Source: Octopus sinensis (lineage: Eukaryota). From it: 64,000 nt of DNA. The notes beneath the pieces were generated by a model. It was not told the DNA's origin, did not search any database, and saw only the letters and a program-made list of their open reading frames with translations. The stretch's first letter is position 1, and every line of letters starts with the position of its first letter. Both the position numbers and the translations under genes were made by a program. Below, piece after piece: positions 1 to 12,874 of the stretch. The stretch spans positions 64,790,001-64,854,000 of the forward strand of contig NC_042998.1 of the NCBI RefSeq assembly GCF_006345805.1. Direction: 5' to 3'.

Positions 1-175
1 GCCGAACATTTAGCACGCCAGGCTAAAAGCTTTGCAGTATTCCGCCTGTCATGAGTTCAAATTTTGCTGAGGTCGATTTTGCCTTTAATCTTTTCGAGGT
101 TGATAAATTAATTAGCACTAAAACACCGGGGTCAATGTAATTCCAAACTTTGTGCCTCTGGCAGAAAGGAATATT
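1..175 (+). mobile_element. SINE family B, degenerate copy
   Basis: B-box-like GAGTTCAAATT followed by gaggtcgattttgcctttaatc...gataaa. The same body recurs at 240-390 and 45765-45965, and on the minus strand near 11420-11580, 16830-16960 and 52520-52675. Confidence 0.6.
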
Positions 176-224
176 TATTGACTAAATAAGTCTAACACGG
201 AGAACAAAATGTTAAACAACCTTT

Positions 225-390
225 CGTTCATCTATATTTTCTGAGTTTAAATTCCGCCATGGTCGCCACTGCTTTTCATCATTTCGGGGTTGATAAGATA
301 ACAACCAGATCAGCACTGAGGTCGATATAATCGACTTATCCCATATCAAGAAGTTTCTGCCTTTGTGCCTGAACATTGAAACCAATATTT
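225..390 (+). mobile_element. SINE family B, partial copy
   Basis: ctgagtttaaattccgcc...gcttttcatcatttcggggttgataag...gaggtcgatataatcgactt is homologous to 1-175. Confidence 0.55.
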
Positions 391-403
391 ATTGCACAAA
401 TAT

Positions 404-735
404 TCTCTTTTACTCTTTTACTTGTTTCAGTAATTTAACTTTGTAAGCCTATTACTTATTCTATCCGTCTCTTTTGCCAAACCGCTAAGTTACGGTGACA
501 TAAACACACCTGATAAACGATGTTAGGGGGACGAACACAGACACAAAAATATACACGCACATACATATATAAATATATATGCATATATACGACGAGCTTC
601 TTTCAGTTTCCGCCTACCAAATCCACTCACAAGGCTATAGTGGATGAGACTTGCCCAAGGTGCCACAGAGTGGGACTGAACCCGAAACCATGTGGATGGT
701 AAACAAGCTACTTACGACACAGCCAGTCCTGCGCC
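404..735 (-). mobile_element. tRNA-derived SINE family A
   Basis: Minus strand reads GGCGCAGGACTGGCTGTGTCG (A-box region), GGGTTCAGTCCC (B box) and CORE-like CCTTGGGCAAGT, with a tail ending CTGAAACAAGTAAAAGAG. Collinear with 61530-61910. Confidence 0.8.
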
Positions 736-1721
736 TAACAATCCCGTCAATATTTATTAAATAAAGCTTAATAATTTGTCTAAACGGATATAAATTGTCA
801 ATAGATTGCAGTTCGATAGGTTTGTATGTTACATCCATTCATACGTAAAATTGCTTTAGTTGTGCTCCTGATGATGTCACAGGGAAAACAAAAATACTTG
901 CCGTTAATGAATCCGTCTTTGCAGTTAGAAATTTTTATTCTTTAGTAGGGAACAAGATTTAGGCTGAAGTTATGGACAATAATTCACAGACGCGCAATTA
1001 AATCAATGGCATGCAAGAGAATCTGAAAAATGAAATTGTTTTGCTTTTTGTCGTTGTTGCATCTACAGCACAAAAAAAAAACAAGAGAAGGATGAACATG
1101 TATATGTACAACTATTAACGTTTAAACAAAACGTAAGTTCAGTTCTACATTTAAGAGATAAGGAATTATGTACATTATTTACATTATTTACATTTGATGG
1201 ATATTTGTCGTCACAAATTATGGTATTCCATAGTGTTGGCATAGCTTCCAGTATATGTAGGTCTCAATTCTGTTGGGTCTATGAATACATTTAAAAAATC
1301 CTTACGTCTCTGCTTTGAGACCTGATCTTCTCAACCATTGCTGGGATTTTTCTCTATTTTGCGTGTATTTTAGCCCAGTATTTGCCATGAATGGACTTTT
1401 CTTGCCATCCTTTTATCATGGTCCGTTGCTGTTCTAGTTTTAGTTTGGATTTCATTTGTTTTATAGCTTTTGCTGTTTCTTATTTTTATTTTTGTTAGGT
1501 AGTATGTCTTCTTGTATGTATTTGTCAGCTGCCTTACATACTGACAACTGTCTTTATTTTGTTTTGCTCGTGTTTTGTGGCTATTTCTATTTTTTTTTTC
1601 TTTTTTCTTGGCTTCTATACGTTGTATGTATAGCCTTTCTACGTCAGATTTTGGGTGTTGACACCTATTATCTTGTTTTCAGCATTGAGCTCTCTTTTCA
1701 GTATTGATTTGAGCTCTGTAT

Positions 1722-1776
1722 TCATTATTATAATTATAATTATAATTATAATTATTATTTTCATTATTATTATTAA

Positions 1777-1857
<81 letters not shown>

Positions 1858-1921
1858 CATCATCATTATCATTATTATTATTATTATTTTATTATTATTA
1901 TTATTATTATCATTATTATTA

Positions 1922-1954
<33 letters not shown>

Positions 1955-1985
1955 TATTATTATATTATTATTATTATTATTATTA
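1722..1985. repeat. (TTA)n microsatellite
   Basis: Directly visible; source of the poly-Ile ORFs. Confidence 0.97.
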
Positions 1986-2107
1986 AAGTCACTGTCTGGA
2001 ATCGAACTCGGAATCTTGGATTTGGTAGCCCCACGCTCTTAACCACTACGCCAAATTCCCATCGAAAAATACTTTAGGAATGAGAACCCCGATTCGAAAT
2101 TTCTCCA

Positions 2108-2154
2108 AGACAACTGATGAAGGCTGGAGGTTATATGAATCGAAACGTTGTGTT
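2108..2154 (+). ncRNA. Minimal type I hammerhead-like motif (family H1), degenerate stem II
   Basis: acaa CTGATGA a ggctg..gaatc GAAAC GTT gtgt. Sister copies at 52185 and 41997 show stem II GGCTG/CAGCC and stem I ACAC/GTGT. Palindromic AACGTT replaces stem III. Confidence 0.6.
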
Positions 2155-3430
2155 AACAACAAACAAGATGAGGACAAATATCGGTCAAATGATATATATA
2201 TCGCCATGATCGTCTTGCCACAAAAGTCTTTTTTCTCTCTCTCTGTTTATTTTCTGGTAGGCTCGAAACGTAAAAGTATTTCTTACCTTCCCCAGCGTTA
2301 AACTAATACACCTGTTTGTTGTTTACACACCTGTTTTCGTATTTTGCTTTTTGTTTTTTTGTTTGTGATTTAAGAGTAATCCTGCATAAGGGCAAAGTCT
2401 GACGGCCGTTTCTGGAAGCTATAGTTTGTTATGGGAGAGCTAGCTCCAATCATAGCAATTATCTATACTTCTCACATCAGAGTTAAAACATTGGAAGAGT
2501 TGTTAAAATTTTAAGAGAAATGAAAGAAGCTTTTTAAGAATAATGTTTTATCGACAAATACTGTTATTGCGGATGATATGATTAGAATCTTTTAATTTTA
2601 CATTCCTGAAGCTCAATTAGAACGCTAATTAGTTGTGCTGTATAAAGTAGATAACTAAACCATTTACTTCTTCATTATATACATACATACATACATATAT
2701 ATAATACACAAGCATAGCTAATTATTATATTTTTATGTCTGTGTGTGCGCGCACTCATATGTGCATAATCATATCGCATAACCGACTTCATTAAAAGGAA
2801 ATTTCAAAAATAGCAATCTCAACCCCCTTTTCATGATATGTGAGGAATGTAAGATTTTTTTCTAAAAAATTTTTAATATTACTGCAATTTATAACTTTGG
2901 GGCTTATTACAATGATATCTCGTTCAAATACTGGGTCAGAATCATTAATTTGTAATGCCACTCAGATTAGAAAGATTTCCAATATATTTATTGAAAATTG
3001 CAATGATAGCATAAACTAATCTGACAAGCGGTAGGTAATCTCGTGGTGAGAATTATCATACATTAAGCCCTCAGAATGTTACTTTAAGGAAAAAAAGTGT
3101 TCAAAATATCTGAAACACAGTATTAGTACGCAATACAGATGTGAAATTTTTACAACACAATAAAACGCAATGGCTGTTACTGGGGCGAAGTGGGAGGCTT
3201 CCATCTTCAAACAGGCAGACGATCATTCCAACACGCCCTCCGCGATTCAAAACGACAACAGTAATTATGTTACAGCGTCTCATAAATCGTCTTAATTGAA
3301 ACTCTAAAGTGATATGAGTCGGGTGTCTTCAATTATGGAGTGATGTGCATAATGGAATTGTATCAACTGTTGTGTGTGTGTGTGAGTGCGTGTATTATAT
3401 ATAATATACATATATGTATATGCTTATATG

Positions 3431-3466
<36 letters not shown>

Positions 3467-3543
3467 AACATATATCCATACACATATGTATATCATATAA
3501 CACAAACACACACACAAATATATATATATATATCCTATATGTA

Positions 3544-3574
<31 letters not shown>

Positions 3575-5667
3575 ATGTATTATGTATGTATATGTGCAGA
3601 AGGGTGTATATATGATTCTATGAACTGTGAAGTGAGCCGCAGACAATTCTCGGCGCTTCTCATACAATATCTGTTGAAACAAATAGATATTAATTGAAAA
3701 GTGTGTCCTGATAAATTGTTGAGTGCTGGTGTCATTATTTTCATTGTATTTCTTGTTCCATTCAGTCATTTTCGTTCTATATCAAATGAATCACATCTTA
3801 TTTCGTTTTATTTCATTTACAAATTACCCTTGCAAAGCTTTCAGACATTTTCGACTTCGGCAAGATCACGTAGACGAGCTGTCTGCCAAGAAATTTTGAC
3901 TTACCTAATTTTGTCAGTAAAATTAACATTATACAAAATGTGACAAACATTTGAAATTGAAGAACGTCTTCAGAAGTAGTAGCATTGCATATACACTTTA
4001 AATATACCAGGTGAGATAGAAACCAACGTAGACAGCGCGATAAGAAATATATTTCATTAGTTCTTACATTTTCCAGTTGATATTTTTGCTAAACTGATTA
4101 CAGAAACTTCACACCTAACACATTCCATTTTCAAAGTTTCTTCATCTAGGTTGCTACCGATGCTTATACATTGTCTTGTCTTGTAATATATTTCCGTTCT
4201 GATCTATGCTGTTCTCTATTTATCACTCAGTGATGCAATACCTAATTTAAAGTTAAACAAAACAGAAAACTGTGATTAATCGTTCAGGGTTGCATTTCAC
4301 AGGAATAACAGTTTAGTTAGGCAGAACATGTTTAATACAGCATTGATATTAATAAGAGAAAAAAACGAAAACATTCGGTGGAAGATTGGTTCAATTCTTA
4401 GCCTGTGGAATATCATGGTTTGCTATTTTCTCCAGCTCTATCTGTTGGAATTGGTCTTTCATCCATCCAGTAATATATTCTAAGTTATTGACTAAACCTC
4501 ATCGTCTGAAAGTTTTGGTGTTGAGCCTAAATTAGGAAACAATATTTGCTGAAAAACTAACTGTATTTGACTGACAGATGTTATTTCAATTATTTGAGAT
4601 ATACTTCGGATATATTACCTGTTATTATATCTGGACAGTGAATAATACAAAGACTGATGCTGTTCTGGTATTGTTTTAGAAGTTATTGTTATTAGGCGAC
4701 AAAAAAAAAGGACTTGTTCCTACATGTTATCTCGTTTGAAGCTCTAATCACAACTCCAAGATTGAAATTACTTATCGACACCGAAGTGTTAGAAAGCAAA
4801 CCTCACTTCAAATGATTTGAGCACAACCTTATGGAATGCAATGGGAGGCTTTAAACATTTTGACAATTTGCCTCTTTAAGGATTTGACATTTCCTCCTAT
4901 ATTGCAATGATGATGGTGGTAATCTTAGGTGAATTGTTGGAGCGTGGGTAAAAACGCTTTGTAGAATTTGTTCCGGTTCTTTGCGTTCTGAATTCCCATA
5001 TCGCTAGCGGGAAAAATATAGTGCCAGTCAAGAACTGTGGCTAATGTCACAGCTGTTCCCCATAAAATTTTTCCTTGTAAAATAATTTTAAACAATATAT
5101 TCCAATGATGTTATTCACTCTGGCATGAACATTAAACTGAAACATAGATAATGCTTCGAAACAAAATTAAATAAAATTTCAGAAAAAAACCACAGAAATA
5201 CTATGAAATTTCATACGGATTTTGAATATGATAGAAACATCGGTTAAGCACTTTTCAATGTTAAAAGAACATATTTGGAAGTGTCCCAAAATAAAGTAAA
5301 AATCATTCAAAATAACCTCATTTGGGCCTTAAACATTCAAATGCGGAAGTAATGTGCTGGTCTGTCACACACATACGGGCAGACACACAGGCGCTCAGCC
5401 ATATGTCTTGAGAGAGAAAGAGATATATATTGAGAGTTATATATAATTCCATACATATTCGTAGTGCATCTTTTTCTGATTGTCTGTCTCTGTCTGTATG
5501 TATGTCTCTCTCTCATTTTCTCTCTATCTCAAAAATATATATATGTATATATATATTTATACATAGAGATATATAGAGAGATAGAAAGTGAGAGACAGTT
5601 TTTGAAGTGACGTACAGATATTGTATATTTAGAATAGTAAGGTAGTCGAACATTTGGATGATGATGA

Positions 5668-5696
<29 letters not shown>

Positions 5697-5706
<10 letters not shown>

Positions 5707-6450
5707 TCATAAATGAGGGTAAAAAATTAGATATTAATTTAATAATACGGTCAGTTTAACACCAAGTGGCCTAGCACATAGAAACCAGGGAGACAGGACA
5801 AATTTATACGTAAATATAAGAGAGTTAACGTTAAGTGGCTAACTCTAGTACTAGAAATAGCTCCTTATTCTGCTATAGCCACCGAAGTTGTTTCCACAGA
5901 AGAAATAACATTACCTTCAACGTAAGGGAAGCGAAATACAACGAAAAGATATATTAATACTGAACAATTGTTTTTTTATCAACATAAATGCAATTATACT
6001 ACATATTTGTCTATAAATCATCAGCAAGTGTTTGTCCTCGATACAATCTATCAGACCACACGGGCGATAATACATACCCATGGCGTCTGATCGATTGCAT
6101 ACATAGTTGTAGTTTAGCTTCCCGCCAAAAGCATGCTAAGACTCCGTGGAAACCAATACCGCATACAATATTTGCTGCAGCATATTAATATATAAATTCA
6201 TAAATGAGGGTGAAAAATTAGATATTAATTTAATAATACCGTCAGTTTAACACCAAGTGGCCTAGAACGTAGCAACCAGAGAGACAATACAAATTTATAC
6301 GTACATATAAGAGAGTTGTGGGTCTGATAGATTGTATCGAGGACAAATGTTATTTCTTCTGTGGAAAACAACTTCGGTGGCTCTAACATAAGGAGCTATT
6401 CTAGCACAATAGTTAGGCACTTACGTTACTCTCTTATATTTACGTATATT
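5697..6450. mobile_element. Non-coding PLE-like stub with tandem and inverted duplication
   Basis: 5697-5830 is repeated at 6188-6316, and 6317-6450 is an inverted copy of internal parts. (TA)n lies on both sides, and the stub contains an HHR-like motif. Confidence 0.6.
5959..6029 (-). ncRNA. Type I hammerhead-like motif with G12A change
   Basis: Minus strand: acttg CTGATGA TTTAT..ATAAA AAAAC AATT GTT cagt. Confidence 0.5.
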
Positions 6451-6741
6451 AATATTATATATATATATATATAATATATATATTATTTACATTTTAGCGC
6501 CTTTGCCCGTTATCGGATTTATCAATCATTACTTACGATGTTTCTTGGTCTTTTTATTATTAAAATATTTTATGGGTTTTGCCAAGTAGAAGTAAATATA
6601 AATAAAAATTATATAGAATAATCCAACACTCTGACTACTTTTATTATTCTGTCTCTCTGTCCCTCTCCTCCCCTCTCCTCTCTCTTTCTCACTCTTTATA
6701 TATAATATATATAAATAGTATATATATATATATATATATTA

Positions 6742-6773
<32 letters not shown>

Positions 6774-6922
6774 GAGTGGCTCTCAGGTAGAAGCTGGTTT
6801 TCCAACCACATGATTTTCGGTTCAGTCCCACTGCTTGGCAACTGCGGCTATGTCTTCTACTATAGCCTCAAACGGACCAAAGACTTGTGAGTGGATTTGT
6901 TATTATATATATCTATATATAT

Positions 6923-6971
<49 letters not shown>

Positions 6972-7180
6972 GTATCTGTATCTGTGTTTGTCCCTCTTTC
7001 CAAATCGCTTCTCAACCAATGTTTACGTCTCCATAACTTAGCAGTTCGGCAAATGATACACATAGGATAAGTTTCTAAGCTTTCAAGGAATAAGGCATGG
7101 CGTCGATTTGTTAGACTAAAGATGGTGCTCCAGCATGGCCGCAGTCAAATGACCGAAACACGTAAAGGATTAAAAGAATA
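6774..7180 (+). mobile_element. tRNA-derived SINE family A with internal (TA)n
   Basis: GGTTCAGTCCC B box and tail GGTGCTCCAGCATGGCCGCAGTCAAATGACCGAAAC. Confidence 0.75.
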
Positions 7181-7308
7181 TTATATATATTCTTTTCTCC
7201 CTCTCTCCCTCTCTCTGTCAGCTTGTTTCTCTCTTCATCTCACTCTCTATAAATACATACATACATACATCACATATATATACATATATATCATAATATA
7301 TATATTAT

Positions 7309-7350
<42 letters not shown>

Positions 7351-7479
7351 TATATATATAATATATATATATGAGTGTGTTTATTAGCGAAAAACACCAA
7401 GGGCCCCACGAGGCTCCCGCGGCTGGGGGAACACTGCTGTACTCTTTCACCACAACTTTCTCCCACTCTTTCTTCCTGT

Positions 7480-7790
7480 TTCTGCATTTCAAAGGTCCGA
7501 CCTTGTCACATTATTGTCACGCTGAATCTCCCACAGAACTACGTTAAGGGTATACGTGTCTTTGGAGTGCTCTGCCACTTGCACGTTAGAAAATGAGCTG
7601 CAACGTCACTGGTGCTAACATATATCGGCCTTTGCCTTTCCCTTGGAGAACATCGGTGGCGTGGAGAGGGGAGGTTGGTATGCGTGGGCGACTGCTGGTC
7701 TTCCATAAACAACCATGCTCAGACTTGTGCCTCGGCGAGTAAATTTCTAGGTGCAATCCCATGGTCATTCATGACCGAAGGGGGTCACAC
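7480..7790 (+). mobile_element. SINE family C, partial and chimeric
   Basis: gtcacgctgaatctcccacagaactacgttaagggta...cacttgcacgtta matches the 15257-15581 body. The 3' part matches 59090-59270. Confidence 0.6.
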
Positions 7791-7805
7791 ACAAATATAT
7801 ATATA

Positions 7806-7869
<64 letters not shown>

Positions 7870-8009
7870 TATAATATATATTATGTGAAATAGAAAGATG
7901 AATAATCTTGTAGTAGATTAATCAAACGTTTTCTGTTCAATCTGCGTTCAGTTCCATTTCTTCAATTCACCAATAATGTTTTATATATATATATATCTGC
8001 GACCTCGTC

Positions 8010-8182
8010 TGTACCACTGGCGATTTTTTCTCTGTCTTCCCTTCTCCTATGTGTCCGACGCAGAGCTCCGCTCGAACCGTTAACCCTCCTTCTTCCCTTC
8101 TTTCCTGAGCGTCCAATAATACTTTATTTGTTCCACGTCCTTTACGTTGTTGTGTTTTTTTGGTTTCTTGTTTGGATTAACT

Positions 8183-8185
<3 letters not shown>
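8010..8185 (+). mobile_element. PLE-like stub (family H2) with eroded hammerhead core
   Basis: Near copy of 19165-19360, (TA)n-flanked; CCGACGC-a-GAG..CTC-GAAC. Confidence 0.55.
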
Positions 8186-8228
<43 letters not shown>

Positions 8229-8816
8229 CAGATACAGATATACATTCATGCACGAAAAATCACACGCACATGAACAAAGGCACTCACACACACGTATTTA
8301 TGAAATCCATATATATATATATATATACAATATTTAAATATTCCACCCTACACTCTATATCTTATTACAGATACAGATTTCATATGAGAAACTGCCGAAG
8401 CTCGTTATACCACGCAATTACTCACAAACACAGGCGTTCGTTTTACCGTTTGGTCATATCTGATATGACACGCAAATATATTTCTAACGAATATAACACA
8501 TGATATTCTATGTTTGGAACACTTTATACTTTTGTATCTAATTTATTTCCAAATTCATAATTGGAACCATTTGTCATTCAAAACAAATGTTCGAATATAT
8601 CTCCTTAATATATTTTTTGTTTTAAGTTTCCCATCATCTCTGTGTTTCATTCATCTGTTTTAGCAGGTTAGTAATAATTTATCATATTTGGACACGACAA
8701 ATTTTGTTTGTGTTGAATATTCACATGAGCTTCAAACACGCAAGAAAATATGTCTCTATATAATTTCTAGATATTAAAATACATACATACATGCATATAT
8801 ATATAATATATATATA

Positions 8817-8854
<38 letters not shown>

Positions 8855-8949
8855 CATATATATACATACATACATGCATATATAATATATATACATATAT
8901 AATATATGTATACATATATATACATATCTTATATATCTATATATATATA

Positions 8950-9000
<51 letters not shown>

Positions 9001-9195
9001 AAGTAATATTTTTAGTAGAAGAATAGCTATAACTCTTTGACTGCTATATTCTAAATTCGGTATGTGGTAAGGCAATTCGTTGCTAACCCTTTATTGCTTA
9101 GTATTACTTAAATTTTCCTCGAATGAGGCTTTTACATGCCGAAGACTACTTGGTGTAATGATAATTATTCCAAATTAATTAATTTCACCCTTCAT

Positions 9196-9233
<38 letters not shown>

Positions 9234-9239
9234 TATATA

Positions 9240-9292
<53 letters not shown>

Positions 9293-10431
9293 ATTTTTGA
9301 AACAAATTAAAAAAAATATTCCGCTTTCATTTGCATGATGCTGTCATATATATTTAGCCAAAAAGGCTAAAATACATCGTAGTAAACTAACAATTTATTT
9401 GCAAGACATCACATTGTGTCACAGGAATCAGGTCTCTATCATTCTCAAGTATTTCATTTCATCACCTCTAAGGTTATAGGGAGTGGGAAAATATTTTACC
9501 GAGGAGCGCGAATCTTCTGTTAATAACAGTCCATTAAATATCCATTTTGGAACGTGTTAGTGAAAGTAACACATTCTAAAAAGAAATGCGAAATGTAAAA
9601 AGAATGAAGGAAGCAGTGGAAAATACAATAAATTCGAAACTTAGAAATAATACAGAGCAGCATACATGTATACGTACTTATATACATGTGCGTATGTAGA
9701 TATGTATTTACGTGCGTATATGTTTGTGTGTCTGCGTGTGTGTGTGTGTGTGTGTGTGTCATTTCCTGATTTCTCGCCAATAGAGAAAGAGCCAGTTTCT
9801 AACCTAGATTCAAGGCTCATTCATTAGTAATCAAAATCAACAACGGGATGTTTTTGTATGTATGTGTGTATTATGTATGTCATTGTACTGTTTTATTTCA
9901 AGATTTATTGCCAATAGAGACAGAGCCGGTTTCTAACCTAGATGCATTGGAATTTCTACATCAACAAGGTATTTTTGTTTGTATGTATGTAGATATGCAT
10001 GCTTGTATGTGTGTATATGTGCAGATTTGTATGTCTTGCTTTATATATGCATAATGTTGCATATATGCATGTATGCATGTATGTGGGGAGCCGCAAAGGC
10101 ACGGTGGTTATGGCAGCGGACTATATTATATATACTATATATATAAGCGTATATATGTATATTATATATATACGTATTATATATATATACCTATTATATA
10201 TATATTGATAAAAATGGTAAGACAACAAAAGAAAGAAAGAGAACTCGATATTATGTAAATAGAGGAATTTATCTGTTATGTGACAATTATTCGGTAGCTC
10301 TGATAATACTCTGATGGCCGGATAACTGAAGAGATGGCGGCGTTGTCTTACACCTCGGAATCTGAAACTCGGAATTTTACCATGGCTACCGAATAATTGT
10401 CACATATTACATTTACAGTCATATACTCACA

Positions 10432-10505
<74 letters not shown>

Positions 10506-12262
10506 CACATAACTGTAGAATTTGAAGTCATCAAGGAGTTCGGTTGGAGAGTTATTTATCACTACAATTGTTTCCGCGCAACGTGGTTCTTATGTGTGTA
10601 CATTTACGCATGTGTGAGTACTCTCCAAATCAGCCTCATAGAATTTAAACTATCACAAAGCTCTAAAATCTCATAACAATAAAAGTATGTGCCCGCTTGG
10701 AAAAGGTCTGCTGTATTTTATACAAACCCATCTAGTGCACAAAAACTAAACGCTATTGCTGCTAACACATTTATTTAATTGAGTATTCAGTTGAAATATA
10801 ATATGTATAAATGAAGAGATAGTGAGTGATTAATTTCTAGACAATAGTGATGTAGACATCACATTAATTCCCTGGAGGAAAAGACAGTACATCTTCATTT
10901 ACTAATATTAAACTAATGGGTTTCGGAATGATATGATATCAAAGTTTCATATATCTTTTAAGCTTTCCTCTAAAGGTTTGCCAATAGAAGCAGAAAATCT
11001 CGTGGCTTTGTCTAATAGGGAATATCTATTTATTTATTACAATATTAAACATTGTCCAAATTGCTAGATTGGTTTATTTTCTTTCTTTTTTTTTTCTTCT
11101 TTTGAAAATGCCATCCTTTTGAAGTAATATTCATTTTCAAATGAAACCAGCTTTGTAACAATTACCTAGAGAATTTTAATGGCCAGTGAATCTCATCAAA
11201 TGGCTAACATAAAGAAAAAAAAAAGCTTTCATAATAAAACATTTCATTTTCCTGAGATTATAATCGAAATAGACAAGTTCTGATAACTGTTCCTGCTAAT
11301 ATATTTTTTCTCATTCCATACAAAAATGCAGCAGAATGAGCGGATAGGAAAACAGCAGTAATAATAAATCTTTCTACTTTAAGTACGTTATCTGAAAATT
11401 GTGTTGAAGGGTACTTCACCACTACATCAACTCCAAGGCTCAACAAGTACTTATTTTATCGATCCCGAAAGGATGAATGAAAAAAACCGACATTCACGAT
11501 TTTTGAACTCAGAACGCAAAGCCGAAAGAACGCATTTTGTCCTTCGCGCTAAAGATTGCGCTGTTCGCTGCTTTCAAACAACAATCAAAATTTGTTTTAC
11601 TCTCAATATTTCACGGATTTCAACGTAGTTACAATGAATATGCTACCATCTGAAGTGGTTTTTAGCCACGAATCATCACTGAGTAAGCAACATAAGCAAC
11701 TATTCAGTTTCTTTGGTGAGTCTATGGAAATATTATTTAACGTGTCATATCTCTCTTGGAGGACGTAGTTGAGGAATGCTTCTGTCATTTTAAGCAAACT
11801 TACAGAAACTGTATCGTTTGCTCGACGAGAGTAGCATATACATATATTTCTTAGTGACACCAAATCACATCGCGAAGATTGCAATACATATATTTAAATA
11901 ACGTAAATTATGTACTTATCATGTATTTACTGTTCGGGTAGTTCCGTTGATAATATATTTACCCTTTGTAGGTCGATGCAGTTTACTCAATAAAAGCGAA
12001 AAGTCTACCGAAATGTTTTTGGTGGTTATTGGAGCGTTATTGAAAGAATGTATAAGTAAGAAGTATGTAGTAATATAAAGGTTTTTACCCGCAAATATAC
12101 CTGGCATCTTCGAAAATGTATTTGTACCACCGAGAGTAATATCAAGAAATATGGCTTACACTCTATAATTATAAGTTAACTGTGATGAAATTTGTTGCAG
12201 TGTAAACTCTAGCCACACAGGTTTTATAATATCGCAATTTGCACACCCATCCTCTTTCGCTC

Positions 12263-12300
<38 letters not shown>

Positions 12301-12874
12301 AGTGTGTGTTTATATATATATATATATATATATGCATATGTGTTTATATGAATATATATATATACAAATATGTGCATATATATGTATTATATTATCCCTC
12401 CCTGATAGTAACCTGCAGTATTCTATAGAATTTTACTCGCTAGCACACGTGGGTGAATGGGGAGGAATACGAGATCTCATTCGTGTGTTTGAATTCGGAA
12501 GTACTGGTCGTTGGATATACATTGTCTGATGTCGCCTGGTCAGATAAGTATGTTTAATTTTTTCAGTGCTCTCAAATTTAAAATCTTAAATTACTGTACT
12601 GTAGAGGCGAATGTGAGGGGAGAATTATGATTTTACATTTTTCACATCTCCCTAACTCCGGAACGCGTATACAGTTAATCAGTGGATTCGTTATTTTTTC
12701 TCTTTACCTGCGTGAGTTTTTGAGTATTGCTGTCTAAGAGATTTTCTCATGGTAGTGAAAAAAATTAGTAGTTTTAACTGCTATTTCTAAATTTCGGTAT
12801 GTGGTGGAGTAAATTTTTGGTGAAACTTAATTATAATTATAATCATACTTATAACATTTTTGTATATATATGAA

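Noticed and set aside
868-890. Isolated CTGATGA matches (also 43068, 50078, 54960)
   Set aside because: No stem II followed by GAAA, and no closing stem I.
10558-10590. GAAAC-AATT-GTA-GTG on the minus strand
   Set aside because: Only the 3' half of a hammerhead; the CUGANGA half is missing.
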